Shown in pieces: positions 17,561 to 27,677 of a stretch of DNA of 64,000 nucleotides (the first letter of the stretch is position 1; every line of letters starts with the position of its first letter). This DNA is from an uncultured Acidobacteriota bacterium (lineage in GTDB: Bacteria > Acidobacteriota > Vicinamibacteria > Vicinamibacterales > 2-12-FULL-66-21). Under the pieces are notes generated by a model. The model searched no databases, had not been told where the DNA came from, and worked only from the letters and a program-made list of their open reading frames with translations. The position numbers were made by a program, and so were the translations under genes. The stretch spans positions 42,613 through 106,612 of the forward strand of contig CAWAXG010000025.1 in the NCBI GenBank assembly GCA_963785755.1, in the 5' to 3' direction.

Positions 17561-19542
17561 CTACTGCACCGCGAAGCGCAGCTTACGGGCAGCCACCTCG
17601 TCTCCGGCGGCCGCGGTCATCTCCAGCAGGTACTCGCCCGCGGCGAGACCGTTGAGCGGCAGATTGACCTGGCAGTCGGCGCGGCGAGCTCGAAACTCCT
17701 GCTCCGCGAACACGAGCGACTGATCGCGCGTGGCTCCGCCCCGCGCGTCGAGGATTCTCACGCGGAGCGACACCGGCACGATGGCATCGGTCCGGTGCGT
17801 GCCCTGGTAAATCTGAAGATACGCGCGAACCAGATCGCCGCGATCGAATCGGCGTTGTGTGGTCGGACGGATCGACACGAGCGCACCAGCCTCGGCCGGT
17901 GAACCCCCGGCTGGTCCGACCTCGATCGCAATGTCGGATACCGTGAGAGGCGCCGTGGCGAACTTTGGAATCGCGATGTGCGAGAACACGCTCCCTGCCG
18001 CTCCGGTCTTCTGGTCGGCGACGGCCACGCGGACCTCGTAGTCGCCGGAATCGAGCTCGATATGCGTCTGCACGTCCACTGCGGCGCGCGCGGCCCCGCG
18101 AGGTCTGACACCCAGGGTCGATGTCTGCCGGGCGGAGCCGATCTCGCGGCCGGTCTGATCGACGACGGCCACGGTGATGTCCAGCGGCGCCGGTGCATCC
18201 CCGGCGAACGCACCAGCGTCGACGTTGATGCTGACGACGGCACCCTCGCCCTCGCGCTTCGCGAAGGCGGACGTGCTCAGCGCGAGCGGCGTCCCGGCAT
18301 GCGGCAACAATCCAGCGATCGCGCCATCGAGCGTCGCTGGCGCTCCATTCGACATACGCGATGTCCCCGGAGACGTCTGCTGAAGGGGCGGGATGTACTG
18401 GCTTTGCGCATACGCGCGTACGCCCTTCCGGGCGACCTTGACCTCGATCGATCGGCGCGAGTCGGCCTGGCTCGCCGGGTCACGCTCGAAGCCCACAAGG
18501 TATACGCCTCGCTCTCGCGGAAGATCTCGGGAACTTGTCCGTCTGGCGCGTTCGTGTTCACGACCGTCCGGCCACCCGTACGCTCCGGCAAGATCCTGAG
18601 CGAATCCTGGGTACGGAGCGTGGCGTTCAGCGCCGCGGTCAACTGTTGCCGGCGAACGGCCTGGCCACTGTTCACGGGTCGATCGAAGCCGGCACCGCTG
18701 ACTGCCGCCTGCGTGTGGTCACCGACGTTCTCCAGGCCGCGCGGATCAATCGAGTGCACCGTCAGGTTCGACATCGCAAGCGAGTCGTACAGCTTCTGCC
18801 GGGCGGCATCCAACAAACGTTCACAACCCGGATCGGCGGTCGGGCCGCGCGGCGCCGAGTTCACCACGAGGCCCCGCCCGATGAACAGCAACATCTTGCG
18901 ACGGCGTGGCGCTTCACGGACGGCTTCCGAAACACGCGTCACCATCTCCAGGACACACAGCCCGCACAGGCAGCGTCCATCGCCCCCCTCGTCCAGACTC
19001 CACGGGAACCATAACGATTCAGTGCTCCAGTCGCGCTGCATGATCGCCTGGACGAGGCGGCGGCGGTCGGCGGTGAAGTTCTGCGCGGTGTAGACGCCAC
19101 TGGTCGAGACGAGCGCCCCGAGGTCGTTGGGACCGAGCGCCTCGACGGCGGCGATGGCGATCTTCTGTGCCGCGACTGAGGGACCTTGGTAGGGTATCGA
19201 CCGATCCATCAGGAGGATGACCAACCGTCCCTCTTGCGCACCCATTTGATTCGTGGCGACATCCGGCACGACGTCGTTCGCCCACACCGGCTCGTCTGCT
19301 CGGGCGCGCGCGGGAATATTGACCGCCGTGAAGGCACGTATCGGTCTGGGGACGCCGTTCTCCAACACGGTGAAGTCAGAGACACTCAGCCCTCGCACCG
19401 GAAGTCTTTTGTCGTCGAGCACCGAGACATCGAGCTGAACGAGCTCGACGCCGGTTCGAAACGTGGGCTGGCCGCTCCTGTCCTGTGCCACAAGCCAGAC
19501 TGAAGACACGAGGAGGAAGGCGGTGCACCCGAGTCGCCGCAT
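17561..19542 (-). CDS. VWA domain protein, acidobacterial VWFA-related type (frameshift near 18500)
   Basis: Signal peptide, QPTFRTGVELVQLDVSVLD, LVILLMDRS, ERTGGRTVVNTN; the C-terminal Ig-like part is in a second frame. Confidence 0.85.
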
Positions 19543-19576
19543 GATGTGACGCTCCGATTTGATGAGCAACTGATGA

Positions 19577-19599
19577 TGTTCAGCGGCGATCGCTGAACA
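19577..19599. other. Perfect 9-bp stem hairpin between the GDSL and VWA genes
   Basis: TGTTCAGCG-GCGAT-CGCTGAACA; no U-tract. Confidence 0.4.
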
Positions 19600-19644
19600 G
19601 GCAGGGCTGGCGGGCGGAGCTTAGCACACGAGTGTCGGAAGCGG

Positions 19645-20643
19645 TCAGGGCTTCATCAACTCGGCCAGTTTGTCTTTCACCGCCTCGCCCCAGATGTCGT
19701 AGCCCTTCGCCTGTGGGTGCAGATTGTCTGGCCTGAACGCGTCGGGGAGGAAGACGCCCTTCTCGTCCAGGAACTTCGCGCCGATGTCCAGGAAGAAGAC
19801 GTGCCGCTGATCATCCAGCCGGGCGATGATCCGGTTGGCCTCGGCGATCTTCTCGCGTACAGGATCGCCAGGCATCCCACGGGGGAAGATCGCCAGCAAC
19901 AGGATCTTCGCGTTCGGGAAGTTCCTGCGCATCTCGAGCACGACCGCGCCGACTCCCTCGGCGATCTCGGGTCCGGTGCTCCCGCCACTGTTGTTCGTGC
20001 CGATCATCAGCATGATCGCCTTCGGTTGAAAGCCCTGCCCTTCGCCGTTCCTGAGTCCCCAGAGCACACCCTGGGTCGTATCACCGGAGACCGCGAAATT
20101 TGCCGTCCGGATCGCGCCGAAGTACTTGTCGAACATCGCCTTGTTGGCGTCGCCCTGCACCCACCAGTCGGTGATCGAGTCTCCGTGCAGCAGCAGGTCG
20201 ATGTTCCCTTGCTTCGCAATCTCGACGAACCGCTCGTGCCTGGGTCCCTGCCTCTGCACGGTTTGCGTGAAGGTTGCGGCGACGTTCCGGCGGGCCGGCT
20301 GCAGCATCAACAGGGATTCGAACTTCTTCAACAACGGTTTGGTCGATGACGTGTCGCTGTCGATGAACTTCTTGACGGCGTCGTTGACCTGCACCAGTTC
20401 CTGTGATGTCGGACGAGGAATGGCAACCTCCGGGGGCACAGACGCCGGCGGACCAATGACGACCGGCACTGGCACGAAGCCGCCCCGGCCTGGACCTTGT
20501 GGCGCCCCGGTCGGCGGGCCACTTTGTCCGGCAGGTTGCGGGGGGGCGCCGGCTGTCGCGGGCGGCGTCACCTGCGCGAGCGCGAGCCCGGCCCACACCA
20601 AGCAGACCATCAACGTGAACGGGATGCGGACGAGTCGGTTCAT
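19645..20643 (-). CDS. GDSL/SGNH hydrolase (PAF-acetylhydrolase-like), secreted
   Basis: LLHGDSIT, SGDTTQ, MIGTNN, DNLHP catalytic blocks; signal peptide and Pro-rich linker. Confidence 0.93.
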   Translation of the reverse strand: MNRLVRIPFTLMVCLVWAGLALAQVTPPATAGAPPQPAGQSGPPTGAPQGPGRGGFVPVPVVIGPPASVPPEVAIPRPTSQELVQVNDAVKKFIDSDTSSTKPLLKKFESLLMLQPARRNVAATFTQTVQRQGPRHERFVEIAKQGNIDLLLHGDSITDWWVQGDANKAMFDKYFGAIRTANFAVSGDTTQGVLWGLRNGEGQGFQPKAIMLMIGTNNSGGSTGPEIAEGVGAVVLEMRRNFPNAKILLLAIFPRGMPGDPVREKIAEANRIIARLDDQRHVFFLDIGAKFLDEKGVFLPDAFRPDNLHPQAKGYDIWGEAVKDKLAELMKP

Positions 20644-20869
20644 ACTGCTGTCCTTTCCTGAGACGACGGATTCGGCAGGGTGGTGCATTTAGTTACACCC
20701 GGGGACCGGCGAGTCGTAGAGTACTGACGTGAGCGCGGTGCCGACAACCCCATCACGGCACGACGGCCCGTCCCAATAGCTCGACCGGCGTGGCAGAGTC
20801 GGACGGCGGACGGTGGACGAGGGTAGTTCGGATATTGCGCACGGACTGAGGCCGGCGCCAGGAGCAATC

Positions 20870-21232
20870 ATGGACATCAAGATCGAAGAGCGATCCATCG
20901 GGCGTGTGACGATACTCGATATCGTCGGCAAGCTGACCGTGGATCAGGGGGCCGAGCGTCTCAAAGACAAGATCAACAGTCTCATCTCGCAGGAGCGTAC
21001 CTCCATCATCTTGAATCTCGCGAACGTGCCGTACATCGACAGCGGCGGCCTTGGCCAGCTGGTGGCCTCGTACGGATCGGTCATGAGGACCGGTGGGGCA
21101 ATGAAACTTCTGAACATCAGTTCGCGGAATCACGACCTGCTCTCCATTACGCGTCTGGTGACGCTGTTCGAGTCGTTCGACTCCGAACCTGAAGCGGTGC
21201 AGAGCTTTCCGACGCTCGCGCCTTCGTCCTGA
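20870..21232 (+). CDS. STAS domain anti-sigma factor antagonist
   Basis: LNLANVPYIDSGGLGQLV phospho-Ser motif; AGGAG RBS. Confidence 0.93.
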   Translation: MDIKIEERSIGRVTILDIVGKLTVDQGAERLKDKINSLISQERTSIILNLANVPYIDSGGLGQLVASYGSVMRTGGAMKLLNISSRNHDLLSITRLVTLFESFDSEPEAVQSFPTLAPSS

Positions 21233-21245
21233 CGCGAGGTCAGAT

Positions 21246-21388
21246 GGACAAGTACAAGGGGCAAGGGGACAACGGAAAGAGCATTGATTCTCTTTGTTCC
21301 TTCGTTCACTTGACTGTCTTCCGGCTTCCGCCTTCGCGCAGCTTCGGCGAGACTCGCCGTAGCCTTGGCGGAGGCGGTTAGCCGGAAG
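21246..21388. repeat. Two adjacent palindromic REP-like elements between convergent genes
   Basis: Degenerate ACAAG-repeat palindrome at 21246-21318, whose TTCTCTTTGTTCCTT (21288-302) is the exact reverse complement of 17505-17519. Hairpin 21318-21388 cttccggct-ccgccttcgc..cggcgagactcgccg..gcggaggcgg-agccggaag has the same core as 2441-2563. Confidence 0.75.
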
Positions 21389-21405
21389 GGGCGGCGCGTC
21401 TCGGT

Positions 21406-22089
21406 TCAAGACTCCAGCGCGATCGCCGGCGTCACCGTCCCGTTCCACGTGAAGCGATAGGTCTTGTCCTTGCGCACGTTGTTGACGAGGGCGGGCCTGA
21501 AGCAGGCGACGCAGGTGCCGCCGCGGTGACGGACGCTCGGATACACCACCCCGAGTGAGCCCGTCTCGACGAGTGCCTCGGCGAGCGCCTGCGACTCGAC
21601 GTAACTGTCCGGATCGAGTGCGGCGCGAAACCCCCTGGCGATCCGCAGGTCGTGGAAGCTGGCGCTGAAGTCGGCGAGATAGTCGTCGTAGGTGACCGTA
21701 TCGTCGAAGCGGTCGATCTCGGCGAGCTGCACCGATTTGTGAAAGGCGACCTCCGCCTGCGCCGTGGCCAGCTCGAACCCGGCGTACCAGGCGCCCCGCT
21801 CCGGACTGCTGAATCGCGCCCCCAATGGATACGGATGGCAGAAGGTGGCGTTGATCACCGCTGCGCACGGAACGCCGAAGACGAGCTCCTCGACGCCGAT
21901 TCCAGGCAGCAGCTGCTGCTCTGCGAGCAACCGGTCGTTGGTAGCCGAGTCGAGCGCGAAGATCGCCCGCAGGTCGTCGTCATCGTCCGCCAGCACGCCG
22001 AGCACGCTCTCTCCATGCGGCAGATGGCGGGAAGGGATCAGGCGATGCGTATCGAACTGGCGGACGAGCGCGACCGGAGGCAGCGGCAT
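21406..22089 (-). CDS. RES domain toxin (MbcT/ParT-like NAD+-acting)
   Basis: R (THRLI), GARFS, E (AQAEVAFH), YVESQ, GVVYPSVR; immediately downstream of an Xre/MbcA antitoxin. Confidence 0.9.
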   Translation of the reverse strand: MPLPPVALVRQFDTHRLIPSRHLPHGESVLGVLADDDDDLRAIFALDSATNDRLLAEQQLLPGIGVEELVFGVPCAAVINATFCHPYPLGARFSSPERGAWYAGFELATAQAEVAFHKSVQLAEIDRFDDTVTYDDYLADFSASFHDLRIARGFRAALDPDSYVESQALAEALVETGSLGVVYPSVRHRGGTCVACFRPALVNNVRKDKTYRFTWNGTVTPAIALES

Positions 22090-22536
22090 TCAGCCGGCGC
22101 GGCGCGCATCGAGCAGCCGCCGTACCGTCTGCATCGCGGGAAGACCGCCGCGAATCAGGTAGGCGAGCGGAGTCTGGCCGCCGAAGATCGGATTCTGGTT
22201 CGGCAGCTGCACCCACTGATCGGCGAGGCGCTCGGAATGCAGGATTCGCAGCGCCTTGAAGATGCCGACCAGATACGAGATGCGCATCAGCCGATCGGTG
22301 TCGACGATGCGATCGGGATTGCGCTTCATCTCGTAAAAGGGCCCGTTGGTGACACCACCCAGGAGCGCGCGGGCGTCTTCGTCGCGCACGCTCCATCGCT
22401 CCATGATGCGGAAGAAAGCCTTGAGGCCCGCAGGTGACAGCCGCTCGCGCTCGCCCCTGGCGCCGAGATCGGGAGGGGACTCCAAGCGGTAGCGGGTGGC
22501 TGGATAACGAGTCGTCTGCGGCACGGCTGGTGGCAC
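22090..22536 (-). CDS. Xre/MbcA/ParS-type antitoxin
   Basis: RISYLVGIFKALRIL, WVQLPNQNPIFGGQTPL, VRRLLDARRAG; abuts the RES gene. Confidence 0.9.
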   Translation of the reverse strand: MPPAVPQTTRYPATRYRLESPPDLGARGERERLSPAGLKAFFRIMERWSVRDEDARALLGGVTNGPFYEMKRNPDRIVDTDRLMRISYLVGIFKALRILHSERLADQWVQLPNQNPIFGGQTPLAYLIRGGLPAMQTVRRLLDARRAG

Positions 22537-22542
22537 TCCTAT

Positions 22543-22576
22543 TCAGGAGTATAGTTGCTCCTGATACTGGCGTCAA
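22543..22576 (-). promoter_or_regulatory. Sigma70 promoter and autoregulatory operator of the RES TA operon
   Basis: Minus strand TTGACG-N17-TATACT; palindrome TCAGGAG-N8-CTCCTGA (22543-64) covers the -10. Confidence 0.8.
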
Positions 22577-22607
22577 GCCGCGGGCGCCCCCGCGACGCCG
22601 GGGTCGG

Positions 22608-25569
22608 TCATTTTCCGGTCGGCCCCAGGTAGCGGTCGAACCACTGCAGCGTGGAGGTGACGAGCGCCCTTGCCGGCACCGAATGACCGGACTCGACGAT
22701 GACATGGTGTTTGTCCGCTGATGGCGTACCAAGGAGGGTGAACATCGGCAGCTGCGAAGTTTCCAGCGGGAACACGAAGTCATTCCGACCGTTCAACATC
22801 AAGGCCGGCGCCGTCACGCGCGGCGCAAAGTTGAGCTGCTCGACCTCCGGTGCGGCTCGCTGTTGCCAGAATCCTCCGACCACGAGCACCAGCGCCTTGA
22901 GCCGGGGCTCGACCGCCGGGATGATCGCCCCCATAGTCGCGCCCCAGCTCACACCGTAGTACCCGACCTTCGTGGCATCGACGTCGCCGCGCGTTTCGAG
23001 ATAGTCGATGCTTCGCCGGAAGTCCTTGGTCCACTGGACCACGTGATCCCGGAATCTGTTGGTGAGATTCGGCCGATCGGAAACGAGCTCGTCTCCCCGC
23101 TCGTACGTGGACTTGTAGATGGGGAACATCACGGCACGCCCGCTCTGCACGAGGAAGTTGATGCCCACGCCCAGATACTGCTGCGGCGACATCTCCTGTT
23201 TCAGGCGCGCTTCGAAGGATCGCTCGCGAAGCGCGGGTGACGGCGGAAAGTGCACCACGACCTGGTAGGGCGGTTCGAGGCCCCTGGGGAGAAACAAGTA
23301 GGCGGTCATCCGCTGGTTGTCGTAGGCCGTGTTGAACGAGACCTTCTCCAGGCGCCAGGATGGATTCGCGTCGTCGACCGACTCGACGCGCGCGTCCAGC
23401 GGCGTCCGATCGTACGAGTAGAAGCGGCGCAGCACATCGAACTCCGCATCTGCAACCGGCTTCTCGTGCGCGAAGTCGCGCGATGGATAGTCGATCGGCG
23501 CGTGGACGGAGGCGGGCGGAGGCGAGATGTACTTGACCAGCCGGACGCCGTAGGTTGGCAGTCTGCCGAATGGTGCCTGCGCGTCCGGATCGTGGGCCAT
23601 GTAGACGGGCTCGCCGTAGGCGCCGCCGAGGATGAAGCGTGCGCCGCCTCGGCCAGCGGCTTCGTTGGCACACCATTCCTTGACGTTCCCGGCCATGTCG
23701 AACGTTCCGTAGGGGTTCATGGCCATCCGCGTCCCGACCGCGGCGGGTCCGCCGCCGGTGAAATTGCTCGAGCGGAGCACGGGCGAGTTGTTCAGGAGCA
23801 CCGAGGCCCGAACCGCGGCTCGCATCCAGTGGTGCACCGTCGGCAGATCCTTGCCCGCAAAGACCGCATAGGCCGCGGCTTCATACCAGCTCACTCCTGC
23901 CACCGGCAGGTTGGCCTTGCCTGGGGGATAGTTGCCAAGCTCCCAGGTCGCCGGCCCTGGCCGTTCGGTCGTGTCGCGGAACTTCTCAACGGCCTCCTCG
24001 AACGGCAGGATCTTTCCGTCCTTGACGAACGGATGCTTCCAGGTACTCGGGGCGCCGATAGCCCCCGGCGCGCACAAACTGCGCGTACTCCTCGTTCGTG
24101 ACTTCGTACCGGTCGATGAAAAAATCGTCGACGAACCCGACTTGCAGGTGATCAAGGCCGGTCAGTCCGATGGAGCGGGCGGAACCGGTCACGCGGACCA
24201 TGGCTGGAGGAATGCCCGCTTCGCGAGCGAGTGTGAACTTGAAGGCAGAGAGCTCTTCAGGCGCGAGTGCCGCGTCAACACTCTCGTGCTGCGACTTCGT
24301 GATCCGCCATCGCTTGAGTCCGCGGGATATGCGCAGGCCGTTCAGGGGAGAGGTCCCGACCACTTGCCAGGGCGCGTCCGGTTCTGTGTATCCTTGAGGC
24401 TGATGTCGGCGCCGGCCGGTTCAGACTCGATGTTTACGGTCAGCGAGATTTCACGCCACAGCTCTGCGAGTCTGGGATCGTCCGGGATATGCCGCTCGGC
24501 GTCGAGCGCGAGCCGGAACGCGGCGGCGTATTCGCCCTGCTCGGACAGCCGTGTGATCTCCGGGAGCGACCGGGCGATCGCTTCACGCACGCCTGCCTGC
24601 CGCCGCGTCGCCCAAATCAGGCCGACTGCGCCGAGCGCGACCGCTACGCCTGCGACCGTGATCAGCTTGCGGAGGCGGCGGCCAGCGGGTTTGACCGGCG
24701 AGGACATCCGGAGCTGAGCCTCGAAGGCTCGCAGCGCGTCATGGACCTCGGTGGCCGAGCTGTACCGGCCCGCAGGATCCTTTTCGAGACACCGACGAAT
24801 GATCGCATCGAGATCCGCGTGAATCCCGGGACGGATCTGCCGCGCCGGCGGTGGAGAATCGTTGACCACGGCGAACGCCGTGGTCATCGCCGAATTGCCC
24901 GCGAACGCCCGGCGCCCGGTGAGCATCTCGTACAGAACGGCGCCAAAGCTGAAGACGTCCGATCGTGCATCGAGAGTCCGGCCGTGTACCTGCTCGGGCG
25001 ACATGTACGCGGCGGTTCCCAGCACGATGCCGGGGCGCGATAGCATGTCGTCGGACCCATGCAGCGCACCGGTCTCATCCGATGGTCCGGCGGCGGTCGA
25101 CTTCGCCAGACCGAAGTCCAGGATCTTCACGGACCCGTCAGCGACCATGATGTTCGACGGTTTGAGGTCACGGTGGAGGATGCTGGCACGATGAGCGGCG
25201 GCCAGAGCGGACGCGATCTGGATGGCGTAATCGAGCGCGGCGTCCAGCGGCAAGGTGCCTCGTCCAAGCAGGTCGGCCAGCGTCTCGCCGCCGACGTGCT
25301 GCATCACGAGATACGCGACGCCCCGTTCGAGTCCGACGTCGAATACCGTGCAGATGTGAGGATGGTCGAGCACCGACGCGAGGCGCCCCTCGCGCTCGAA
25401 GCGATGGCGGAACTCCGGGTCGCTGCCCAGGGATGGCGACAGGACTTTGATCGCGATCGTCCGGTTCAGACGCGTATCGCGTCCCCGGTAGACCTCTCCC
25501 ATCCCTCCTGCGCCGATGAGGTCGACGACCTCGGTACGGACCGAGTCTGTCGCCCGCTTTCAGGATCAT
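22608..25569 (-). CDS. Ser/Thr kinase - FGE/SUMF1 domain - alpha/beta (dienelactone-type) hydrolase fusion (frameshifts near 25533, 24385, 24040)
   Basis: HRDLKPSN, DFGLAK, YMSPEQ; FFIDRYEVTN, PVAGVSWYEA, FDMAGNVKEW; GYYGVSWGA nucleophile elbow with Asp and His. Pieces are collinear across frames. Confidence 0.85.
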
Positions 25570-25617
25570 GTGAAGTGAGCCGCCGGATTATAGCTGACGT
25601 GATGGCCCCGCACGGGC

Positions 25618-27354
25618 TCACCTTCCCGCCGCACGCGCGTAGACGCGCGAGCCGCCAAGATAGGTCGCCTCGACCGTGATGTCCTTCACCTCGTCGACCG
25701 GACAGCTGAGGATGTCGCGGTCGAGGACGATGAAGTCGGCGAGCTTGCCCGGCTCGAGCGATCCCTTCTGCTTCTCCTCGAACGTCAGGAAGGCGTTGTT
25801 GATCGTGTAGAGGCGGATGGCCTGCTCGCGAGTGAGCTTCTGCTCGGGACGCAGCGGCTCACTTGCCCCGCGCGGCTGTCGCACGATCGTCGTCCACATG
25901 GCGAGGAACGGATTGTAGGGATTGATCGAGCGCAGGCTGCCGATCTTCTGCATGTGATCGGAGCCGCCGCCGACCGTCACGCCCTGCTCGAACAGCGTGC
26001 GATACGGATGGAAGTAGGCCAGCCGCTCGACGCCGAAGTGCTGGCGGAGCGTCGTCCCATCGAGATAGAGCCAGGCCGGCTGCAGGTTGGCGACGACGCC
26101 GATCGCCTTCATCTTCGCGATGGCCTCGGCGCTCATGAAGCTGGAGTGCGTGATGCTGGGCCGCTGGTCGCGCACCGGGAAGTCGTCGCGGTTGATGCGC
26201 TCGTAGGCCTCGACCATGGCATCGACCGCCGCATCCCCCTGCGAGTGCGCCGTGAACTGCAGGTCGTTCGCGAGGGCGAGCTTCGCCATCCGATAGAGCT
26301 TCTCGGGCTCGATGAACCGGACGCCGCGGTACTGCGGGTCGTCGATTGAATAGATCTTGCTGAGACCCCACGGCTGGCGCATGTAGGCGCTGCCGGTCAG
26401 CATTCCGCCATCCATGAAGGCCTTGATGCCGCGCAGCCAGAGCATGTCGTTGTACTTGTGCAGCGGATGCGACGCGGCCTCGCGAATCGTCGCTTCGATC
26501 TTGTCGAGCGGCGCCTGCGCGTCGACGCCGTAGGCCAGGAACGTGCGGGTCGTCAGCGCCTTCTGCTCGAGCAGCGTGCGGTACAGCTCCAGGCCGCTCT
26601 GGTTGGCATTGGCGTCGACAATGCTGGTGATGCCGACCGAGTTGTAGTCGGCCAGCAGCTCGCGCAGCCGGCGGAGTCTGTCGGCGTCGCTTGGCGAAGA
26701 GGCGTCGGGCCCCGACTTGATCAAGCTCGCGCAGTTGCGCAGGATGCCGGTCGGCTGCCCGTTCTGCTCGCGTTCGACGCGGCACGGCTGCCCGTCGGGC
26801 ACCCGGAACTTCGCGTCGATGCCGCTCATCGACAGTGCCATCGAGTTCAGCGACGCGTCCGGCCCGGTGCGGAACGCGACGGGGTTTTTCGGCGCTGCCT
26901 GATCGAGCTCGGTGCGCGTCGGATACCGCTGTTCGCGGAGGCGCGTGATGAAGACCTGCGACAGCGTAATCCAGCGCCCGGGGTCCGCCGCCGCCGCCCG
27001 CGCCCGGATGTACGCGAGCACGTCCTCGACGCTTTCCATATCCGGCACGGGCTGCTCGAACTCGTACATCGACGCGGCCGGCGCATGCACGTGGGAATCG
27101 ATCAAGCCCGGCAGCACCGTCTTGCCACCGAGATCCACCCGCTCCGTTCCGGAGCCGGCCAGTCTCGCGATGTCCGCATTCGTGCCGGTCGCAACGATGC
27201 GCCCGTCGCGAATTGCCATGGCCTCGACGGTGCGGAATTGCGGATCGACGGTGACGATCTTGCCGTTATGGAAGATGTGGCTCGGCGGCGGCTGGGGCTG
27301 AAAGCCAGCTGCGACCACGAGCGCCGGAAGGATCAGGATCAGTCGGCAGTTCAT
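25618..27354 (-). CDS. Amidohydrolase (YtcJ-like, Amidohydro_3), secreted
   Basis: PGLIDSHVH, KAFMDG, HSQGD, GGSD, KGSLEPGKLADFIVLDRD. Confidence 0.93.
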   Translation of the reverse strand: MNCRLILILPALVVAAGFQPQPPPSHIFHNGKIVTVDPQFRTVEAMAIRDGRIVATGTNADIARLAGSGTERVDLGGKTVLPGLIDSHVHAPAASMYEFEQPVPDMESVEDVLAYIRARAAAADPGRWITLSQVFITRLREQRYPTRTELDQAAPKNPVAFRTGPDASLNSMALSMSGIDAKFRVPDGQPCRVEREQNGQPTGILRNCASLIKSGPDASSPSDADRLRRLRELLADYNSVGITSIVDANANQSGLELYRTLLEQKALTTRTFLAYGVDAQAPLDKIEATIREAASHPLHKYNDMLWLRGIKAFMDGGMLTGSAYMRQPWGLSKIYSIDDPQYRGVRFIEPEKLYRMAKLALANDLQFTAHSQGDAAVDAMVEAYERINRDDFPVRDQRPSITHSSFMSAEAIAKMKAIGVVANLQPAWLYLDGTTLRQHFGVERLAYFHPYRTLFEQGVTVGGGSDHMQKIGSLRSINPYNPFLAMWTTIVRQPRGASEPLRPEQKLTREQAIRLYTINNAFLTFEEKQKGSLEPGKLADFIVLDRDILSCPVDEVKDITVEATYLGGSRVYARAAGR

Positions 27355-27491
27355 CAGCGATGACCTCTCCGTTCGCGGATGCGGGCCTGGATGATGCCGC
27401 GGCCCGGTCCGATATATCGGGCATCATACTGTGCCCTGCTCTGCCCGGACATTCGGGATTCCGCGGTGAAATAGTCAGCTCCATTTCGAAA

Positions 27492-27580
27492 GGATCGCAG
27501 CGAAGAAACCCGCGGTGAGATCGCTCGCGGACCCGCCCGGCACGGCGGGACGAGAGGGCTCGCTCGCGGGCCTCGCATCC
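27492..27580. repeat. Degenerate GC-rich hairpin in the divergent intergenic region
   Basis: cccgcg/cgcggg, ctcg/cgag and cccgcc/ggcggg nested pairs; the arms are unequal. Confidence 0.4.
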
Positions 27581-27677
27581 GTATTAAAGTTGCACTTTCA
27601 GGAACGTGGATGAGCCCGGCCGTTCTGCCGTTCGTCCCAGCATCGGATCAGGGACTCGATCAATAGATGGGAGATTT

